From the IMG/VR virus record IMGVR_UViG_3300045988_051365: DNA of 64,000 bases. One strand, given 5' to 3'. Below the pieces are notes generated by a model. That model was not told the origin of the DNA. It searched no databases and saw only the letters and a program-made list of their open reading frames with translations. Within the stretch, counting starts at the first letter, position 1. Every line of letters begins with the position of its first letter. Origin of the DNA: a virus. Made by a program: the position numbers and the translations under genes. Below are positions 28,686 to 38,019 of the stretch, piece by piece.

Positions 28686-28886
28686 CTACTTAAATTTCAG
28701 GCTCGTAATAAGACTTTGCACATCTAGAGGGCTACGCTCTAAATGCACAGACATCATGCAAATACGATGCTCTGAATGCTTCTCTAACAGCTCTAATAGC
28801 TTAACAGCATCAACATCAGTAGATACTGTTGAAGTTCTATCAGGCTGCCCTTCAGCACCTATGTTGCAATATAACACTCTAAACAT
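28686..28886 (-). CDS. Hypothetical protein, 66 aa
   Basis: ORF. Confidence 0.35.
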   Translation of the reverse strand: MFRVLYCNIGAEGQPDRTSTVSTDVDAVKLLELLEKHSEHRICMMSVHLERSPLDVQSLITSLKFK

Positions 28887-30160
28887 TAGAACCTAAATAT
28901 CATTTTAGTTTCTTTGTTCTTCTTAGGAGTAAATTCTCGCCCTTCTAGTAGATTTAATAAATCAGAATCGGCTATAGTAATATAATCCTTACTACCAGTA
29001 CTCTTGCGAAACCATTCTTCTTCAACAGTTCCCTTGATTACTAAAGTAAAGACTTCCGCTACTTTATTCTCTGCCTTTCTAATAACTCTACCTATTCTTT
29101 GTGTTTTAGACGTAGGACTGGAATCATATCCAAGAATAACGGCTACTGACAGTCCTGGTATGTCAGCTCCCTCATCTAACATCTTAGAAGTATTAAGTAC
29201 TCCCACAGATGCTGATTTAAACTCCTCTAAAGTCATCCTTCCCTTCTTCTTAGTTTCCTTACTAGATAGTACCTTACCATACTTGATTTGTTCAGCAATC
29301 TTGATTGTCTTACTGAAAGTAATACATTTCTTGTCCTGCCTATGCTCAAGTATCATATTTGTAAGTTCTATCTTTTTAGGATGTTCATAAATGAACTTCT
29401 TCCTTGCCTGTAAAGTCCTATTGAAACCCATAGCATGAATTAGAATGGTCTTATTAAGAGCTTTCCATTCATCTGGTTTCTTGTCGAAGTCGGGAAGCAT
29501 AGTTTTAGCTAACTCAATTCTCTTCTGCCATTTAGTAGCACAAGCCATAGCAAGTGTAAAATCATGACCGAAGAAAGCAAAATGCTCATAAAACTCTCTA
29601 TTTAACTCATAGTATTTGTCTAGATTGTCTACTTCTACCATGACTTTGTATTCTCTGTAAGGAGATAGCCAGCCTCTAGCAGTAGCTTCACTAACATCTA
29701 CTCTATCAACTACTGGACAATACTTCTTGATATAACTATCCTTACCGTCTAGTCGTTCCATAGTTGCAGTTAAACCTAGAATTATTTTATACTTGACTAC
29801 TTCAAATACCTTTCCAAACAGGTCGGAAGCATATTTATGACATTCATCAAGTACTAGCAAATCACATGTCCACTCATGTTTCACAACAGAGTTTATTATT
29901 AGTACCTCGTACACCATTGGGACTTGCTGCTCTGTTAAATCACTAAGCCATTGTCTCTGTAGTGCATCAGTAGGTACTACTATTATAATTCTTCTACCAG
30001 GATTCTTAGCCAAGAATCTTTTCATACACATAATGGCAGTTCTAGTCTTACCGAAACCGGTACAATAGACTAAAGAACCACGCAACTTATTATCTACCCA
30101 ACGTTGAACACCAATTACTTGGCGTTCATCTCTGCTTACGTTTCCGAATAAGTCTGCCAC
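28886..30160 (-). CDS. SF2 DEAD/DExH-box DNA helicase (UvsW/type-III-res-like)
   Basis: Walker A CTGFGKTRTA. DExH box LLVLDECHKYA. Confidence 0.75.
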   Translation of the reverse strand: MADLFGNVSRDERQVIGVQRWVDNKLRGSLVYCTGFGKTRTAIMCMKRFLAKNPGRRIIIVVPTDALQRQWLSDLTEQQVPMVYEVLIINSVVKHEWTCDLLVLDECHKYASDLFGKVFEVVKYKIILGLTATMERLDGKDSYIKKYCPVVDRVDVSEATARGWLSPYREYKVMVEVDNLDKYYELNREFYEHFAFFGHDFTLAMACATKWQKRIELAKTMLPDFDKKPDEWKALNKTILIHAMGFNRTLQARKKFIYEHPKKIELTNMILEHRQDKKCITFSKTIKIAEQIKYGKVLSSKETKKKGRMTLEEFKSASVGVLNTSKMLDEGADIPGLSVAVILGYDSSPTSKTQRIGRVIRKAENKVAEVFTLVIKGTVEEEWFRKSTGSKDYITIADSDLLNLLEGREFTPKKNKETKMIFRF

Positions 30161-30313
30161 TTGTTATAGGCTAAGCCCTTAATTAATAACTCATTTGAAT
30201 CTATTACCTTGAACCCTGTTATTTAATATTAGTAAATTCTCACAAGTTACGTTAAGCAGCTTATACCTACTACATAGTAATCTGGATTAACTGTGGTCAG
30301 CATCCAGAGTACA

Positions 30314-31156
30314 TTATAAAGTATAGCCTTTAGCATCACATACTAATTTAATTTGGTTCTTGCGAGTTTCCCACTGAGATATATGGAACTTCACTTCATC
30401 TTCCAAAGAATACAAGATTCTATTTCTAAGAACCTTTAATTGGTCAGTAGTTAGTTCTGTATACTTCTTACTCTTCAAATTAACCATAGAACGAAGCTGT
30501 GAATAGCTAAGTCCTTTAGGAGTAACATAAAGAGGCATTGTGGGCTTCAGACCTAGTCTTTCCTTCGCCACTTCAATCTTATCTCTTATCTGACCTGTCT
30601 TAGGGTCTTTCTCCACTAAGTCCTTGCTCTCTTGAGCAGTGAACCATAGACCTTGCTTGAGAATAAATGTAAGAGTAATGTGTTGTTTGTTGAACTTTCC
30701 CAGTCTGTCCAAACAACCTTCGCGTACTGTCTCTGTTGGAATGTCTCCAAACTCTTTAGGACAGCCGCACATAGTTCCTTCAATTGGATACTCTTTCGGG
30801 TCTATACCGTCCTTATTAATATCCAAGAAAGAGACTAACGCCTCTAGGAACTTAAACCTTGGCATATGCTGCTCCTGTTCTAACCAGCGCAAGAACAATT
30901 CTGCGTTACAACGCTGACGCTGGTCTTTAATAATGTCCAATAGAACATAACGACCAGGATAGTCCTTGTTAGTATTATAGAGCATAGAATCACAATGTGC
31001 ATAGAAATTACGAAGTTCTTCTTCAGTACAATCAACCAAGCGTTTCTCCTCTTGTACTAAAGCTCCATTTACTTCTTGCTTACGACCCTTCCAAATGAAA
31101 GAGTTGATGTCATTATTCTTTCTATCGATAGCTGATGCCAATTTCTCTCTGAACAT
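30314..31156 (-). CDS. Hypothetical protein, 280 aa
   Basis: ORF. Confidence 0.5.
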   Translation of the reverse strand: MFREKLASAIDRKNNDINSFIWKGRKQEVNGALVQEEKRLVDCTEEELRNFYAHCDSMLYNTNKDYPGRYVLLDIIKDQRQRCNAELFLRWLEQEQHMPRFKFLEALVSFLDINKDGIDPKEYPIEGTMCGCPKEFGDIPTETVREGCLDRLGKFNKQHITLTFILKQGLWFTAQESKDLVEKDPKTGQIRDKIEVAKERLGLKPTMPLYVTPKGLSYSQLRSMVNLKSKKYTELTTDQLKVLRNRILYSLEDEVKFHISQWETRKNQIKLVCDAKGYTL

Positions 31157-31212
31157 AGATATATCATATTAATTTTAGATAATGGTCTAATCTCGTTAAT
31201 TTAGATAATCTT

Positions 31213-31518
31213 TTACAGTATAATCTCACCTTCTGGTGGTTTCTCATAAACAAAGTCTTCGAAATATATATCGGTATATTTATACTTCTCAAAGGAGTCA
31301 GTGATGGGATTATACCATGTGTCTTCCCCTGCATATACTTCCTTACATTTCAAATACCCGATGTCACCAACTCTTAAGAATGGACCTTCCCAGTTAGGAC
31401 ATCGGGTACACATTTTATATGTGCCGTTTGACAAATCTTTGAATGCATAGACTATATAGCCACCAGCATCTTCCTTACTAGCTAGTAATTCAACGCGTAT
31501 GGTATATTGAATCATCAT
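31213..31518 (-). CDS. Hypothetical protein, 101 aa
   Basis: ORF. Confidence 0.45.
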   Translation of the reverse strand: MMIQYTIRVELLASKEDAGGYIVYAFKDLSNGTYKMCTRCPNWEGPFLRVGDIGYLKCKEVYAGEDTWYNPITDSFEKYKYTDIYFEDFVYEKPPEGEIIL

Positions 31519-31721
31519 TCCGAGCCCACCAGCTCATTTTGTCGTTTATTAACCCCACCGTCTTTATAATGCACACAACCATACTTGGCGAAATCACAAA
31601 CACTGCGCTCAATACCTCTGAAACAGGGATATCTAGAACAGTCTTTGCAAGTTCTCTCGGGGTATTTGTACTTTACTCCATCTCTGTCCTTATCAAAACT
31701 GTCAGATAGTTTGTTCGCCAT
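31515..31721 (-). CDS. Small Cys-rich (putative zinc-binding) protein
   Basis: CKDCSRYPC...CDFAKYGC. Confidence 0.4.
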   Translation of the reverse strand: MANKLSDSFDKDRDGVKYKYPERTCKDCSRYPCFRGIERSVCDFAKYGCVHYKDGGVNKRQNELVGSE

Positions 31722-31750
31722 GTTCCGAATAGTAGTTTGCCAAGAATTTG

Positions 31751-32164
31751 CTATTTAATCAGTAAGGCTAATAATAAGCCTACACTGATAGCAAATCCTC
31801 CTATTGACAATGTAGTTAATCTCTTGTTCTTTTTGTTCATCTTAGCTATCTGCTCCCGTTGCTTACTAATAGCTTCATCATACATCTGCATTTGCAATTC
31901 TGCTCGTGCTAGTTGTTGAAGTCTTATACTATCAGTTTTAGCATAGTTAGCAGTTAGTAATTCATAAGATGTAAGCTGTTTATTGAGTTCAAACCTCTCT
32001 AGCTTAAGCTTCTTATGCTCCAGAAATATAAGGTTACTAGCCTTTAATTGCTGTGGAGTAATCACAACTAAAGAGTCATCTACCAGCTTGGGATACATAT
32101 TCTGCGAAGAAAGATGCATCAGCGGCAATAGACTGATTAGTAATATCAATAAGCTCCTTTTCAT
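31751..32164 (-). CDS. Membrane or secreted protein with an N-terminal signal-like segment and a C-terminal TM segment. Possible lysis-associated protein.
   Basis: N-terminus MKRSLLILLISLLPLMHLSSQ. C-terminus LSIGGFAISVGLLLALLIK. Confidence 0.45.
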   Translation of the reverse strand: MKRSLLILLISLLPLMHLSSQNMYPKLVDDSLVVITPQQLKASNLIFLEHKKLKLERFELNKQLTSYELLTANYAKTDSIRLQQLARAELQMQMYDEAISKQREQIAKMNKKNKRLTTLSIGGFAISVGLLLALLIK

Positions 32165-32393
32165 ACCAATTATTAATAGTGTCTATCTTACCTTTAGAAT
32201 TGGTAATGACACTAATTAGACTGTCGTTAGTAATTTCTAACTTCCTTACTTCCTTATTGAGCGAGTCTATAGCTTGCTCATATTTAATGTTGTCAGGAAT
32301 AACTACTGTGTTTCTATCCTTGCAAGCCCATGCTATACCAAGGCATATAGCAGCAGCAATCACACCTCCAACGAAAGCATCCTTAAATTTCAT
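32076..32393 (-). CDS. Type-II membrane protein (N-terminal TM). Possible spanin-like or holin-like.
   Basis: AFVGGVIAAAICLGIAWAC transmembrane segment. It overlaps the downstream gene out of frame. Confidence 0.4.
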   Translation of the reverse strand: MKFKDAFVGGVIAAAICLGIAWACKDRNTVVIPDNIKYEQAIDSLNKEVRKLEITNDSLISVITNSKGKIDTINNWYEKELIDITNQSIAADASFFAEYVSQAGR

Positions 32394-32917
32394 TTCTGAG
32401 ACTGATAGTAGTTATAGATATCATAGATAACATCCACTCTATCATTCTTAGAAGTTAATAAGGTATCCAAGCATGTACGTTCTTCATCAGACAGTGATGC
32501 TTCCAGTTCAACCATTTTACGTCCTTCTTCATAGATAGCCTTAGCTGTATCATATCCTTTCAGATACTTGCCAGGGCATTGTTTGAAGAATGCTACTTCC
32601 TGGTCAAGAAGAGCATTAACTACACCACGGTTAATCAATCCGGGGTCAGTACTGTACAGAGCATGATTATGTAGTTTACGAGCCTTACCAAGAGCTATTT
32701 GAACTCCCATATTCTCATCAAACTCATCTTCTGGTTGACATACAGATACGCCAATAGACAGACATTTATCACTTAAGAGTGCATCTTCATCCCAGTTCTC
32801 TGTATCTGGGTCAATTTCAGCACATACTTCTTGTGACAATGCAACCATTACGAACTTACGTTCCATGCCAGTAAAATCAACAAAACTGTCAACTCTATAC
32901 TCAACTCTTTCTTTCAT
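32390..32917 (-). CDS. Hypothetical protein, 175 aa
   Basis: ORF. Confidence 0.5.
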   Translation of the reverse strand: MKERVEYRVDSFVDFTGMERKFVMVALSQEVCAEIDPDTENWDEDALLSDKCLSIGVSVCQPEDEFDENMGVQIALGKARKLHNHALYSTDPGLINRGVVNALLDQEVAFFKQCPGKYLKGYDTAKAIYEEGRKMVELEASLSDEERTCLDTLLTSKNDRVDVIYDIYNYYQSQK

Positions 32918-32981
32918 AAACTTGTAGATTAAATGTTTCTAAATGTAATCTCTTTAGATAAGTTAATCTGATTATAGGCAA

Positions 32982-33623
32982 TTACTTGCGACCTAGACCA
33001 TTATAGAAATCAAGTATTGCATTCTCTTTACGAAGCCAAGTAGCCTGTTCTTTAGCCATATCAAGAATAGTACGACTAATAGATTCTTCTTCTACTTGCT
33101 CTTTAACTAACATACCTTCATCCTCATCCTCTCCATTCAACCATTGGAATGTAGCCCAATCACTCTCTTTTTGAGCTTGGTCTACAATCTTATTAATACC
33201 ACGAGTAGTCTCAATCTCCCTATCTACTGTGGCAGCAAAGGGCATGACTCTATCAGTGATTTCAACATTAATGGCTGGAACAGGCGGATATTGGAATAGA
33301 GCATCGTTAGTGGTTAGATATTCAAATATCCAAGAATGATGCAAATATTCTTCCCTAGCACGACCTCTCCAGTAAATACCTAGCTTTGGTAAACCCTCTA
33401 CTTCAAAGTAATTGGCAAAGGTCATATACAGAGCATGGTTGGCAAGTTCGGCTGACATCTGTTTTACCAACATCTCAACCATTACAGTTGATAGTGGGCA
33501 AACACGTCTAGACTTATCAATCACCTGCTCTGTATACTTCATAGTAGGTTCAGCACCTACGGTTTGAACTCCTTCGCTTGTCTTCTCCTGTATTGGATTT
33601 CCGTCTTTGTCTAGCATTCTCAC
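32982..33623 (-). CDS. Ferritin-like protein
   Basis: SAELANHALYMTFANYFEVEGLPKLG...EEYLHHSWIFEYL resembles the ferritin A/B-helix diiron-site pattern E...Y...F....L.G...EE..H. Confidence 0.5.
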   Translation of the reverse strand: MRMLDKDGNPIQEKTSEGVQTVGAEPTMKYTEQVIDKSRRVCPLSTVMVEMLVKQMSAELANHALYMTFANYFEVEGLPKLGIYWRGRAREEYLHHSWIFEYLTTNDALFQYPPVPAINVEITDRVMPFAATVDREIETTRGINKIVDQAQKESDWATFQWLNGEDEDEGMLVKEQVEEESISRTILDMAKEQATWLRKENAILDFYNGLGRK

Positions 33624-33894
33624 GTTCTAACACTTTAAAATTGTTGTTCATTAAATAATCTAGGGGAGCTGCTAGCCAAGTAATATACTTAGCACATGTA
33701 ATCTCATCGTCGACTTTAATAAACTGCGATTCCCTTACCTTAATAGGCTTATCAGTAGTATAGAACTTAGAACCTACACATTCTACCCTATCCTTCCTAA
33801 TGAGGTATAGTTGTACTTCATATAGAAAGGAAGGATACACTGTTAGTTTAACGTCCCCAGAATGGTAAACAGTCGGGGGCGTAGGTTTTGCCAT
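33550..33894 (-). CDS. Hypothetical protein, 114 aa
   Basis: ORF. Confidence 0.4.
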   Translation of the reverse strand: MAKPTPPTVYHSGDVKLTVYPSFLYEVQLYLIRKDRVECVGSKFYTTDKPIKVRESQFIKVDDEITCAKYITWLAAPLDYLMNNNFKVLERENARQRRKSNTGEDKRRSSNRRC

Positions 33895-34306
33895 TCCAAG
33901 AATATTTAGTAACCTGGGACTTCTCTGTCTTATATTTACTTAATAAGAAAGGGATGTCAGATTGAATACATTTATGGCTAAATGTGTTCTTTGGTATAGG
34001 TTTGTTGGTCTTTGGATTCATTTTACCAGTAGTAAAGTTACCACCCTTTACATACACGACCAGAGTTCCAGGAATAGGAATAGATTTGGCAGGAGCCGGC
34101 CATTGATAACTTGGAGCGGGGAATCGTCTATAGCGTTTCCACAACTTACGTTCTTTAGGAGTTTTACTCCACACACTTGGGTCACGTGGTGTTACAGACG
34201 GCTGTCTTAAATGCTCTGCCACCATGAAAGCATCATCGGTCAAATCCTTGATTCTTAGTCTTTTGAATCTCTCCTCTGGAGTCTCTTTGATAGTTTCCTT
34301 CTTCAT
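33848..34306 (-). CDS. Hypothetical basic protein, 152 aa
   Basis: ORF. Confidence 0.45.
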   Translation of the reverse strand: MKKETIKETPEERFKRLRIKDLTDDAFMVAEHLRQPSVTPRDPSVWSKTPKERKLWKRYRRFPAPSYQWPAPAKSIPIPGTLVVYVKGGNFTTGKMNPKTNKPIPKNTFSHKCIQSDIPFLLSKYKTEKSQVTKYSWNGKTYAPDCLPFWGR

Positions 34307-34336
34307 TACTGATAAGTTTAATGAGTTAAATATTAG

Positions 34337-34513
34337 TTATTTACCACGTTTGGTATAAACTGCCCCACAGACATTACATTTGTAAAGCCTGTTGTCATAA
34401 TCGAACAGCGTGTGAGTAGTATCCCTACCACACCTTGCACAATTCATTAACTTAACAGATTCATACACCTTCTTCGGCTTATGAGGTGCCGTACCTTTCT
34501 TACGTGAAGCCAT
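34337..34513 (-). CDS. Small zinc-ribbon protein of 58 aa, not in the track
   Basis: My own translation is MASRKKGTAPHKPKKVYESVKLMNCARCGRDTTHTLFDYDNRLYKCNVCGAVYTKRGK. It carries CxxC...CxxC. Confidence 0.4.
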   Translation of the reverse strand: MASRKKGTAPHKPKKVYESVKLMNCARCGRDTTHTLFDYDNRLYKCNVCGAVYTKRGK

Positions 34514-34516
34514 AGC

Positions 34517-34789
34517 TTAAATTCCTTTAGTTAACTCTTCTAATCTAGTTACTTCTTGTTTGTAATCTTGAATATATTCTTTCAGAGACATGGCATCTGG
34601 GTGCTTACACTCTATTCTATAATCCGCTATTCTTTGAAGACATGCAGATATGGGAAGTCCATAACCAATTACTTTAAACTCCTGACGTTCTCCGTCCTTA
34701 GATTTAATAGTCTTTAGTATAGATAGGTCCCAGAAGTGTAAATTGTCACCTACAGATTCCATTCTAAAGTCAGCTTCTTCAATAATCAT
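34517..34789 (-). CDS. Hypothetical protein, 90 aa
   Basis: ORF. Confidence 0.45.
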   Translation of the reverse strand: MIIEEADFRMESVGDNLHFWDLSILKTIKSKDGERQEFKVIGYGLPISACLQRIADYRIECKHPDAMSLKEYIQDYKQEVTRLEELTKGI

Positions 34790-34818
34790 ACTTGATTATC
34801 CGTAAAGTTAGTATTAGT

Positions 34819-35031
34819 TTAATCTGATTGTTCTTCTAATACCTTACCTATTAGCCATAAGTATAAGAATGGTGATATGACTGGACATGTCATCCACCAA
34901 CCTACATCCTCCTCTACGACTTCCCAGAAGTATTCTTCATCCAAGTCGTAGTATGCAAGCATGTAGTTCAGTACAATGTTTAGTAAGTAAGACACACCAT
35001 ACAGTGCGAGCACTATTAATATTACAATCAC
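34819..35031 (-). CDS. Small membrane protein, 70 aa
   Basis: Two hydrophobic segments. Confidence 0.4.
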   Translation of the reverse strand: MIVILIVLALYGVSYLLNIVLNYMLAYYDLDEEYFWEVVEEDVGWWMTCPVISPFLYLWLIGKVLEEQSD

Positions 35032-35504
35032 AATTTCTCTTTCTCTACTCTAAATTGACAACATAGTTTCTGCAACTCGAGTATGACGGGTTCTAAGGTA
35101 CTAACACCCTTAACCAACACTGCTCGTTGGTCTACCGTCCTTCTAGCTAAATGAGATTGGACGCTGGAAACAGCATCTTCGTATCTCTTCTTAATAAGGT
35201 CTCTATTCTCGAAATACTTGGGAATTTTACCATGCAGATATATTAAAGCATCTAATGCCTTAATAAGTTCCTTATGGCTCATAGAAGTAGATATTCTGTC
35301 ATAAATAAATACATATCTATCAACTCCGTCTGGAATGATATTTATATATTTATCAGTTTCAGTTCCTTCTCTTCCTACATGGTCTGCTAACCTCACAGTA
35401 GCAGAGAATCCATTTAATGTGTAGTACTCCGAATCTCCCTTATAATTAGTAGAAGTAAATCCCTTCCTCTTCAGCCACGCTTTTAGTTTGCTCAACCCTC
35501 TCAT
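35028..35504 (-). CDS. Hypothetical protein, 158 aa
   Basis: ORF. Confidence 0.5.
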   Translation of the reverse strand: MRGLSKLKAWLKRKGFTSTNYKGDSEYYTLNGFSATVRLADHVGREGTETDKYINIIPDGVDRYVFIYDRISTSMSHKELIKALDALIYLHGKIPKYFENRDLIKKRYEDAVSSVQSHLARRTVDQRAVLVKGVSTLEPVILELQKLCCQFRVEKEKL

Positions 35505-35751
35505 CTTGTTTAATCTTCTTTTCCACCTTTCGAAATATCAAGTCTCCGTCAAGTGGACATCTACACTCCATAGTACAGTCACTGGCTTTAAAGTAACAGC
35601 CAAAGCACGCGCAACCACTGTCAACGATTTCTACCGGACTGCCGTTTACAGTGATAAGGTCTCCTGCCTGTAAAATGGGTATTAATTCATTGTCTTCGTA
35701 CTTAAATTTCTGCATATCTAAAGTTAAAAAAGAAGGGCCAAACCCAGACAA
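35446..35751 (-). CDS. Hypothetical Cys-rich protein, 101 aa
   Basis: ORF with CACFGCYF...CTMECRC. Confidence 0.4.
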   Translation of the reverse strand: MSGFGPSFLTLDMQKFKYEDNELIPILQAGDLITVNGSPVEIVDSGCACFGCYFKASDCTMECRCPLDGDLIFRKVEKKIKQDERVEQTKSVAEEEGIYFY

Positions 35752-36021
35752 TCACTAGAGTAGACCTTACCTCATTAGAAGTAAAGAATAATCTAATAAC
35801 TAATCTGAATTTGACCCTAAACGGCAGTACGAATATCGTTCTGCGCGATTAGCACTACATTAAATATAACGTAGCCTAAAGTCCGTTATCATAAACTGAT
35901 AACAATAATGCCTGTACTTGGCATTAGGTGTGTTGCTAGGAGCAACGAAGAAGAGCCTACACCCCCCCAGTGATATTCTGGCTGGAATGTCTATTCCATA
36001 ACCTATCACCATACATAAGAA

Positions 36022-36390
36022 CTATTCAAAGTAGTCTGGGAACTTATCTTTTAATATTTCAGATATGTCCACGCCAGTCAGTTCAGCCATAGATAATTCT
36101 TCCAACATTGCGTCCTCAGAATCGTCCACACTACCGTCAGCGCTATCAATAAGATTGAGCAGTAATTGAGCTTTCTCATCAGTCAGCCCGTCTTGCGCCC
36201 ATTTACCTACTACTTCTGCAAAGAATTCATCGAACTCATAAGAAGTTTGCTCGTCTTCATCAGCGATTGCATTCTTCTTGGCAAACAGTTCTTTGATGTC
36301 TTCATCTGTAATAGTTCCGGCTTTATCATAAGCCGCGTTCAATGACTCTATAAGAGAGTCTTGTTCATCGAATGTCATTGTTGTTAACAA
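36022..36390 (-). CDS. Hypothetical acidic protein, 122 aa
   Basis: ORF. A perfect palindrome lies just upstream. Confidence 0.5.
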   Translation of the reverse strand: MLTTMTFDEQDSLIESLNAAYDKAGTITDEDIKELFAKKNAIADEDEQTSYEFDEFFAEVVGKWAQDGLTDEKAQLLLNLIDSADGSVDDSEDAMLEELSMAELTGVDISEILKDKFPDYFE

Positions 36391-36412
36391 TTAATGTTAA
36401 GAACATGTGAAT

Positions 36413-36432
36413 AGTCTATTCACACCAACCCT
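36413..36432. promoter_or_regulatory. Perfect 9-2-9 palindrome TGTGAATAG-TC-TATTCACA, about 25 nt upstream of the 36390 start codon. Candidate operator.
   Basis: Read directly from the sequence. It sits in a 150-nt intergenic region containing at least four more hairpins. Confidence 0.4.
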
Positions 36433-36543
36433 CAAGGGCTTAAGATAATGTATGGTAATCAAATCACCATTACAGCAGTGGGGACTGCTTAAACAGGCAT
36501 TTCACTCTCAATTATGCCTGTGGTTATGTTAGAATAAAGAAAT

Positions 36544-36867
36544 TCACTTCTTCCAGGATATGAATAGATATTCTCCAACTAAGCCAGGATATCCTTCTTT
36601 ATCAATAACCTTAACGAAGAATCGTTTATCTTCGTAGTATTTAAGGATTTCATCCTTGGCTTTAGCTACATCATCATTCAAATCCATAACAAGACTAAAG
36701 TAATTGTTCTCACTCTTAGCCTTAATAAGTTGGTCAGTAGTATCTAGAAACCTCTTAATTAGAGTTTCTTGTGTCACCACTTCATTGTAAGTGGCAACTG
36801 AATATGCCTCGTCCGCATTCATAGATTCACCTTCCAACAATTTACCAAAATTAAAGATATTCTTCAT
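36544..36867 (-). CDS. Hypothetical protein, 107 aa
   Basis: ORF. Confidence 0.5.
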   Translation of the reverse strand: MKNIFNFGKLLEGESMNADEAYSVATYNEVVTQETLIKRFLDTTDQLIKAKSENNYFSLVMDLNDDVAKAKDEILKYYEDKRFFVKVIDKEGYPGLVGEYLFISWKK

Positions 36868-36887
36868 AATAACTAATAATTGGTTTG

Positions 36888-36961
36888 TGACTCAGGTGGG
36901 GCTCTAACCCACAACCCTCTCCTTAGGACGGAGATGCTCTATACTATTGAGCTACTGAGCC
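36888..36961 (-). tRNA. tRNA-Arg (anticodon CCT)
   Basis: Manual fold. Acceptor GGCTCAG/CTGAGTC, D stem GCTC/GAGC, anticodon stem TCTCC/GGAGA with loop GTCCTAA. T loop TTAGAGC is atypical. Confidence 0.55.
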
Positions 36962-36968
36962 TTGAAAG

Positions 36969-37328
36969 TTATACGTTAATATTCCCAGTGTGTCTGCCTT
37001 TTACTTTAACAGAGTTAGCATCAATGTCTCCTTGTACATTACCACCAACCTCAATACTGTTAGCTTCTATAGAACCTCCCACATTGCCTTTAACACTATT
37101 ACCATGTACAGCAAATGCGTCTCCGTCAATATCACATGTGTTGCAGTTAAGCTCTTTTACGTTACCAGTAAAACTGATATGTACACTATCCTTATTCGTT
37201 TCAGATATTAATTTACCATTTACGTAAATTTTACGCTTGATTTGTGAGATAGTGATATTGTCCTCTTCAATGTTATAGGACTCATTATCAATAAATAACT
37301 TATTCATGATTCTTTTTATCCAGTTCAT
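36969..37328 (-). CDS. Bactofilin-like (polymer-forming beta-helix) protein
   Basis: Repetitive GNVKE..C..CDIDGDAFAVHGNSVKGNVGGSIEANSIEVGGNVQGDIDANSVKVKG pattern, typical of bactofilin/DUF583. Confidence 0.5.
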   Translation of the reverse strand: MNWIKRIMNKLFIDNESYNIEEDNITISQIKRKIYVNGKLISETNKDSVHISFTGNVKELNCNTCDIDGDAFAVHGNSVKGNVGGSIEANSIEVGGNVQGDIDANSVKVKGRHTGNINV

Positions 37329-37927
37329 CTTCCTTCGTAATACTTAATCAGTTTATCAAATGCTTCAATCCTAGCATTATGACCCTTCTCGTCATCGGGA
37401 GTCCACCAAAATGCCTTACCATACCTGTCTTTAGGTGCGCCTAAGAACTCTCTATTGAACTCTGGAAACATAGCAACTACATCACGTTCATCATAGATGT
37501 TGATTCCTCTTTCTGTGCCAGCCATAGCATGTTCAATGCAGAAACACATTCCCCAGTATTCTGAATGGTCTTCAAACAGCTTCTTAGCTTTTAGTAAGAT
37601 AGTGTGCTTATTGGTTCTTTCTGTGTACCAATGGATGAGTTTATCGAAGGCTATAAGCCTGTGTTTCTTCTCATCTACGGGCCACCAGAAGACAAGTCTA
37701 GCCACTTCTTCTTGTTTGACATTACCTCCTAGAAACTCTGGATTAAACTCCGGAATTAGTGTTACTAATTCATTATAAGAGGGAGGTATTCCTTCTTTAA
37801 ACACTCCGTTGAATGCTTGCTTCATATAGTGGCACATACCACCATTCTTATCACTACCTGGCTTTGTATCTTTATCGTACAAGTCTTTAGCAGTCTTTAA
37901 TCTTTTAATAATTTCTAAGTTAGTCAT
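37325..37927 (-). CDS. Hypothetical protein with an internal tandem duplication
   Basis: Two copies of the PEFN(P/R)EFLG...FWW(P/T)(V/P)D(E/D)(K/E)(K/G)H..(I/R)(A/I)(A/E)FDKLI..Y module. Confidence 0.5.
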   Translation of the reverse strand: MTNLEIIKRLKTAKDLYDKDTKPGSDKNGGMCHYMKQAFNGVFKEGIPPSYNELVTLIPEFNPEFLGGNVKQEEVARLVFWWPVDEKKHRLIAFDKLIHWYTERTNKHTILLKAKKLFEDHSEYWGMCFCIEHAMAGTERGINIYDERDVVAMFPEFNREFLGAPKDRYGKAFWWTPDDEKGHNARIEAFDKLIKYYEGR

Positions 37928-37947
37928 CTCTTTCCTTATTAAGTTAG

Positions 37948-38019
37948 TAGTCCCAGGCAGAGTCGAACTGCCATTTCAGGTTCCGTAGACCAGCGTTCTA
38001 TCCATTGAACTATGGGACC
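37948..38019 (-). tRNA. tRNA-Arg (anticodon ACG)
   Basis: Manual fold. Acceptor GGTCCCA/TGGGACT, D stem GTTC/GAAC, anticodon loop CTACGGA, T arm GGCAG-TTCGACT-CTGCC. Confidence 0.75.
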
